From: an uncultured Bacilli bacterium
GTDB lineage: Bacteria; Bacillota_I; Bacilli_A; RF39; UBA660
DNA length: 64,000 bases
Reading direction: 5' to 3'
Assembly: GCA_934097015.1 (NCBI GenBank)
Contig: CAKONF010000002.1
Location: forward strand, 4,214-68,213
A model generated the notes under the pieces. The model did not search any database. It saw only the letters and a program-made list of their open reading frames with translations, and was not told the DNA's origin. This document shows, piece by piece, positions 59,682 through 64,000 of this stretch. Each line of letters opens with the position of its first letter. The stretch's first letter is position 1. The position numbers were made by a program, and so were the translations under genes.

Positions 59682-59756
59682 ATGTCTAAGAAAGATTTTT
59701 TAATTTTTTCTTTAATTATTATCATTTTTCTTCTTATATTTTTATTATATAAATAA
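59682..59756 (+). CDS. 24-aa hydrophobic peptide MSKKDFLIFSLIIIIFLLIFLLYK (candidate type I toxin or small membrane peptide)
   Basis: Strong AAAGGAGG Shine-Dalgarno at 59664-59671, 10 nt before the ATG. Single TM helix with charged ends. A structured region and T-run lie downstream. Confidence 0.45.
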   Translation: MSKKDFLIFSLIIIIFLLIFLLYK

Positions 59757-59768
59757 TATTTATGTAAG

Positions 59769-59801
59769 CAAAAAGCACTCAATCTAGCGTAGATTAAGTG
59801 C
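59769..59801 (-). terminator. intrinsic terminator on the minus strand (metK 3' end or an antisense RNA)
   Basis: 12-bp stem GCACTCAATCTA/TAGATTAAGTGC (one mismatch) with a 3-nt loop, followed by TTTTT on the minus strand. Confidence 0.6.
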
Positions 59802-59816
59802 AAACCCATAAAGGCG

Positions 59817-59853
59817 AGTACTCAACATGAGCTTGTTAAGTATTCCCTTTTTT
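59817..59853 (+). terminator. putative plus-strand terminator for the small-peptide transcript
   Basis: Imperfect 10-bp stem AGTACTCAAC/GTTAAGTATT followed by CCCTTTTTT. Confidence 0.4.
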
Positions 59854-59926
59854 ATTTTATTCAAGTTCCCTTGACATATTCATAATAACATATTATTTAT
59901 ATATTTTCAAATAAAACTTATCATAT

Positions 59927-61033
59927 TTATAATAAATTATTTGTTTCTTTTATTTTTTCCCAAAATAAATCTAATTCTGTTCTTCCAAAATGTCCGTATG
60001 ATGCTAAATCGTAATATATTGGATTTAATAAATCTAATTCTTTTATAATATTGTCTACACTAAAATTAAAATTATTATTTACAAATTCATATATTTTATC
60101 TATACCTACTTTATTTGTATTAAATGTATTTATATAAATAGAAATTGGATATTCTTTTCCTATTGCATATGCTAATTCTATTTCACATTTATCTGCTAGG
60201 TTATTAGCTACAATATTTTTTGCAACATATCTTGCATAGTATGCTCCACTTCTATCTACTTTAGAAGGGTCTTTACTGCTAAAACATCCTCCACCTACTT
60301 TTCCTATTCCTCCATAAGTATCTGCAACTATTTTTCTACCTGTTGTTCCACTATCTCCAAAAGAACCACCTATTGTAAATTTGCCACTTGTGTTTATTAA
60401 TATTTTTGTGTTTTTATCAAGTAGATTGGTAGGAACAACTTTGTTTATTACTTCATTAATAATTAAATTTTCTAAGTCTTTTTTATCTATGTTTTCTTTA
60501 TGCTGAGATGCGATAATTATTGTATCTATTCTTTTTGGAATATCATTTTCATATTCGATAGTTATTTGTGTTTTACCATCAGGTTTTAGTATAGAATTTT
60601 TGTCTTTTTTTCTTACATCTGATAATCTTTTTGCTAGTTTATTTGCTAAAAGGATTGGTAGTGGCATATATTCTTTTGTTTCATTTGTTGCATAACCAAA
60701 CATTATTCCTTGATCTCCTGCCATAATTTTATCTTGTTCTACTGCATTATTTATTTCAATAGATTGTTTATTTACTTTAACAATTACATTATATTCTTCT
60801 TCATAGCCAATATCTTTTAATACTTTTTTTGCTAGAGAACCATAATCTAATTTTGCTTTAGTTGTTGCTTCTCCGTAAATAAATATTAAATCATCTTTTA
60901 TAGTTGCTTCTACTGCCATTTTGCTACTTTTGTCTTGTCTTAATGCTTCATCTAATATGTAATCACTGATTTTATCACATATTTTATCTGGATGTCCTTC
61001 CGTTACTGATTCACTTGTTAAATAATATTTCAT
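59927..61033 (-). CDS. metK: S-adenosylmethionine synthetase
   Basis: LTSESVTEGHPDKICDKISD, GDQGIMFGYA, GGGCFSSKDPSKVDRSGAY. Confidence 0.95.
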   Translation of the reverse strand: MKYYLTSESVTEGHPDKICDKISDYILDEALRQDKSSKMAVEATIKDDLIFIYGEATTKAKLDYGSLAKKVLKDIGYEEEYNVIVKVNKQSIEINNAVEQDKIMAGDQGIMFGYATNETKEYMPLPILLANKLAKRLSDVRKKDKNSILKPDGKTQITIEYENDIPKRIDTIIIASQHKENIDKKDLENLIINEVINKVVPTNLLDKNTKILINTSGKFTIGGSFGDSGTTGRKIVADTYGGIGKVGGGCFSSKDPSKVDRSGAYYARYVAKNIVANNLADKCEIELAYAIGKEYPISIYINTFNTNKVGIDKIYEFVNNNFNFSVDNIIKELDLLNPIYYDLASYGHFGRTELDLFWEKIKETNNLL

Positions 61034-61061
61034 ATAATCTCCCTCTTTCTCTTTTTATCAA

Positions 61062-61188
61062 AAATAAAAAACTCTTGAAAGAGTTATTGTTATAAAAATC
61101 TCTTTCATCGATATTAGCATTACCACCTTACTATTGCAGGTTGGTATGAGTTCTTAGAGCTAATTCTCTCCCTCATTCTTGATAAAAA
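61062..61188 (-). ncRNA. SAM-I (S-box)-like riboswitch with terminator in the metK leader
   Basis: Minus strand: UUAUCAAGAAUGAGGGAGAGAAUUAGCUCUAAGAACUCAUACCAACC...GGUGGUAAUGCUAAUAUCGAUGAA. The S-box core elements are recognisable: AUCAAGA, GAGGGA, CAACC...GGUG.UAA and a P1 UUAUC/GAUGA. The terminator AACUCUUUCAAGAGUUUUUU follows. Confidence 0.65.
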
Positions 61189-61291
61189 ATTATAATTATT
61201 TAACGTATTATTTCTAATACAATTTTATTTTAACATTCTTTTTATATTTTGTATATAATTTTTATAGTAAAAAAGACTTTCAAACGAAGTC

Positions 61292-61843
61292 TTATTTTTC
61301 TAATAATTTTGTTATTTCTTTTATGTTATTTTTAAATATAATTGTATCTATAATATTAGATATAGAATATACTGTAATTAGTATTCCTAGAGAAGTTGTT
61401 AATGCTATAGTTCCAATACTAGGATTAAGTATAATTATTAAACCACATATAATAGATATTATAGAACATATTAGAAGTGATAACCAACTACTAATATTAT
61501 TTCTATATAGTAATATTGATAGTCTTAAATCTAGTGTTGATTTAGTAATCATGATTATACCAGCTACTATTGGGAATAATGTTTTTACAATATCTGGATT
61601 AACTAGCATTATAATACCAAGTAATAATTCTATGACACCTAATGTTAAGAAACTAGAGAAGAATATACTTGATTCTTTTTCTATTAAGAAATATATTCCA
61701 TTTACAATAAGTAATATTGATAGTATATAAGTTATTGTTGTAAATGATACTTCTGGATAAATTATAAATATTAATCCTATAATTAACATTATTATAGATA
61801 TTATAATAGATGAGTACAAGAATTTGTTTAATTTATTTAACAT
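61292..61843 (-). CDS. HdeD/DUF308 family membrane protein
   Basis: Six evenly spaced TM helices with the repeated ...G(L/I)I(F/M)I(I/V)xP... pattern. 183 aa. Confidence 0.6.
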   Translation of the reverse strand: MLNKLNKFLYSSIIISIIMLIIGLIFIIYPEVSFTTITYILSILLIVNGIYFLIEKESSIFFSSFLTLGVIELLLGIIMLVNPDIVKTLFPIVAGIIMITKSTLDLRLSILLYRNNISSWLSLLICSIISIICGLIIILNPSIGTIALTTSLGILITVYSISNIIDTIIFKNNIKEITKLLEK

Positions 61844-61899
61844 GTATAGGCTCCTTTCTATTATAATTTTAATAAAAATATTTTGTTTTGTAAACTACA

Positions 61900-62751
61900 T
61901 TATTCTTTTATAAGTCGAATATTTTCATTTTTATATTCTTTTAATATTTCATTCCATATATATGATTCAACTAATCTTGCTTTTTTTGGATTTATTAAAA
62001 ATCTTATATTTAATTCTATATGTTTATCTTTTACTTCTGTATATATCATCGGTTCATATTTATTATAATACATTCTATATGATGTATTATTTTTTAATTC
62101 ATTTTTCATTTTAATTGGTATATTTTTTATTACATCTATATTATTTATTATTTTGTATAAAGTCTTTTTTGCTAGTATAACATCACTATCAAGAGATATT
62201 TGTACTTTTATTTCGTCCCATATGTATTTGAAACCTTTATTCATATTTTTTACTGTTTCTGTAAATATTATTGAGTTTGGAATTATTGAAACTACACCTG
62301 TACTTTGATGCCCATAATTATCACTTATTTCTAATAATTCAAAGAATAATGATCCTAGATTTATAACATCTCCTTTTTGACCTTTTATTTCAATTCTGTC
62401 TTCTAATTTAAAAGGTTTATAAAGTTTTATATAAAATCCTGCAAATAAATTTAATATGTAATCTTTTAAAGATAATGTTATTGCTGCTGATACAAAACTT
62501 ATTAATGTCATTGCATTTTTTATATTACTTTCCCATATAAGATAAATAATTAAAATTTGAATAATAGATATTATTAATTTTATAAAATTTAATGTTTTAT
62601 ATTGTAATCTATTATTATTTATTCTTATTAGTTGTTTTTTTAAAATATATACTAACGATTTACCTATTATTAAAGTTAAGATTGTGTAAAATATTAAAAT
62701 TGTATATTTGTTATTAAATGGTAAAAATAATGTATCTATATTTTTTAACAT
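61900..62751 (-). CDS. MscS-family mechanosensitive channel
   Basis: Three TM helices, then FKLEDRIEIKGQKGDVINLGSLFFELLE (the MscS beta-domain signature). Confidence 0.8.
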   Translation of the reverse strand: MLKNIDTLFLPFNNKYTILIFYTILTLIIGKSLVYILKKQLIRINNNRLQYKTLNFIKLIISIIQILIIYLIWESNIKNAMTLISFVSAAITLSLKDYILNLFAGFYIKLYKPFKLEDRIEIKGQKGDVINLGSLFFELLEISDNYGHQSTGVVSIIPNSIIFTETVKNMNKGFKYIWDEIKVQISLDSDVILAKKTLYKIINNIDVIKNIPIKMKNELKNNTSYRMYYNKYEPMIYTEVKDKHIELNIRFLINPKKARLVESYIWNEILKEYKNENIRLIKE

Positions 62752-62843
62752 ATAAATTTCTCCTTTTTGTATGTTTTAATATATCATTTTTATTAACTTA
62801 TATAAAGTAAAAAAGAAGTATTTGTTTGCTTCTTTACATTTTT

Positions 62844-64000
62844 TTACATTAATGGTGATATTCCTATACCTAGTGGTATGTTAACTAAATACCATACGAT
62901 TATTAGTATTAACCACATACATAATGTTCCTATTGAATATGGCACTAGATATTTTAATGATTTAAATAATCCTACACCTTTTTTATCTTGATTATATAAT
63001 TCCATATATGCTAAGAATATTACAAAATATGCCATTACTGGTGTTAATCCATATGTTATTGATTCTCCTGCTCTAAATATCAATTGTGCAAATTCTGGTG
63101 TCATTCCTGAATTCATTAAAACTGGTACTGATACAGAAGATAATATTGACCACTTATAGATTGATGATGGTAATATTAATGTTGATAATGCGCTTAGTAT
63201 AAATACTAGTAAGACAAGTGGTAAACCAGTAAATTTAGTTGTTGATATTATATTTGCAAACCAACTTGTTATAAGCATACCTATATTTGAATATTTTAAT
63301 ATTGATATAAATGTTGATGCAAAGAATATTAATACTAATACTTTACCCATTGCATCTAGTGAATGTGATAAATCATCACATACATCTCTGTTATTTTTTA
63401 TGCTTTTTGTTAATATTCCATATGTTAATCCATTTATGAAGAATAATATTGTTATTACGAATACAAATCCTGAATTAAAGAATGAATTATATCCGAATAG
63501 TTTATCAATATATAATTTTTGGGAGTAATCTAGTAAATTTCCACTTAGTGGTAATCCTGGAATAATATTATATATGAATATTAGTAAATAAATTGAACCT
63601 ACTATTATTGAAATATATAAACTTTTTAATTCTTTTTTTGAAACGTATTTTTCTTCATATTCTTCTTCTTCAATTTCATATTTTCCTAATCTAGGAATAA
63701 TATTTTTTTCTGTTATATTTGTTATTATAAATGATAATGCTATAGTTGCTAAAATCATTATTATTATAAAACTTGTTGTTTTAACTACGTATCCCTCTTT
63801 TAATAAGTTTGCTGCATCTTGTGTATAAGTTAATAATGAAGAATCTACTGAATTTATGAATATATTTATTCCGATACCACAGCTTATCGCAGCAAATGCA
63901 GTTATTATTCCTGCTTGTGGGTTTCTCTTTCCATATTTAAATAGTAATGCTGATATTGGAATTAATACTATATAAGATATATCACCAGCTATACTTGATA
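62844..64000 (-). CDS. AbgT family transporter, 5' end beyond the right edge of the window
   Basis: The frame stays open upstream of the tracked Met to position 64000 (...IAGDISYIVLIPISALLFKYGKRNPQAGIITAFAAISCGIGINIF...), which matches the AbgT core. The C-terminus ...LKYLVPYSIGTLCMWLILIIVWYLVNIPLGIG is also AbgT-like. Confidence 0.75.
   Translation of the reverse strand, partial: SSIAGDISYIVLIPISALLFKYGKRNPQAGIITAFAAISCGIGINIFINSVDSSLLTYTQDAANLLKEGYVVKTTSFIIIMILATIALSFIITNITEKNIIPRLGKYEIEEEEYEEKYVSKKELKSLYISIIVGSIYLLIFIYNIIPGLPLSGNLLDYSQKLYIDKLFGYNSFFNSGFVFVITILFFINGLTYGILTKSIKNNRDVCDDLSHSLDAMGKVLVLIFFASTFISILKYSNIGMLITSWFANIISTTKFTGLPLVLLVFILSALSTLILPSSIYKWSILSSVSVPVLMNSGMTPEFAQLIFRAGESITYGLTPVMAYFVIFLAYMELYNQDKKGVGLFKSLKYLVPYSIGTLCMWLILIIVWYLVNIPLGIGISPLM

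Noticed and set aside
1-64000. An alternative genetic code (UGA=Trp, Mycoplasma-like), suggested by the extreme AT richness.
   Set aside because: Long conserved genes (lepA, polA, hsdR, metK) are intact under code 11. TGA functions as a stop, for example at the end of the amidase 5' fragment and of the small ORF at 10365-10367. No conserved Trp position was seen to need a TGA.

Overview
This is a very AT-rich chromosomal segment from a low-GC Gram-positive bacterium (Bacillota; the gene content looks Erysipelotrichales- or Clostridia-like). Almost all real genes are on the minus strand. Most plus-strand ORFs in the track are antisense shadow ORFs. No rRNA, tRNA or CRISPR array was seen.

Housekeeping backbone: rimM-trmD, a SpoIVFA/SpoIVFB-like pair, two M16 peptidases, deoD, lepA, polA, nrnA, ackA, two amidases, an LCP protein, an ABC-2 exporter, a Bce-type peptide-resistance module (RR/HK/ABC), metK with an S-box leader, HdeD, MscS and a partial AbgT.

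Accessory content:
1. A ~15.4 kb element (about 29385-44748) carrying a large serine recombinase has inserted into an Amidase_3 + 6xLysM gene. The two gene halves are at 28124-29383 and 44724-45038. A 9-bp core, TCG[G/C]CACCT, is present at both junctions, and recombination within it would rejoin the ORF in frame.
2. The cargo of this element is a defence island. It holds a KAP P-loop NTPase and a type I R-M operon (hsdM-hsdS-[2-TM protein]-hsdR). It also holds a separately terminated three-gene operon: a 757-aa P-loop NTPase with a SMEK-like N-terminus, a 685-aa AAA_13/PrrC-RloC-like putative anticodon nuclease, and a small Fic protein with a degenerate motif. This operon is my best candidate for an undescribed system.
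3. Just outside the element, two tandem paralogous proteins each carry a canonical HEPN RNxxxH motif and are followed by a membrane protein (25844-28042).
4. Also present are a frameshifted IS200-type tnpA with an RBS-sequestering hairpin and a GNAT gene flanked by ~96-bp direct repeats. There are also a frameshifted PanE-like gene, an Rpn-nuclease remnant between duplicated promoter-like repeats, and a 24-aa hydrophobic peptide locus resembling a type I toxin.
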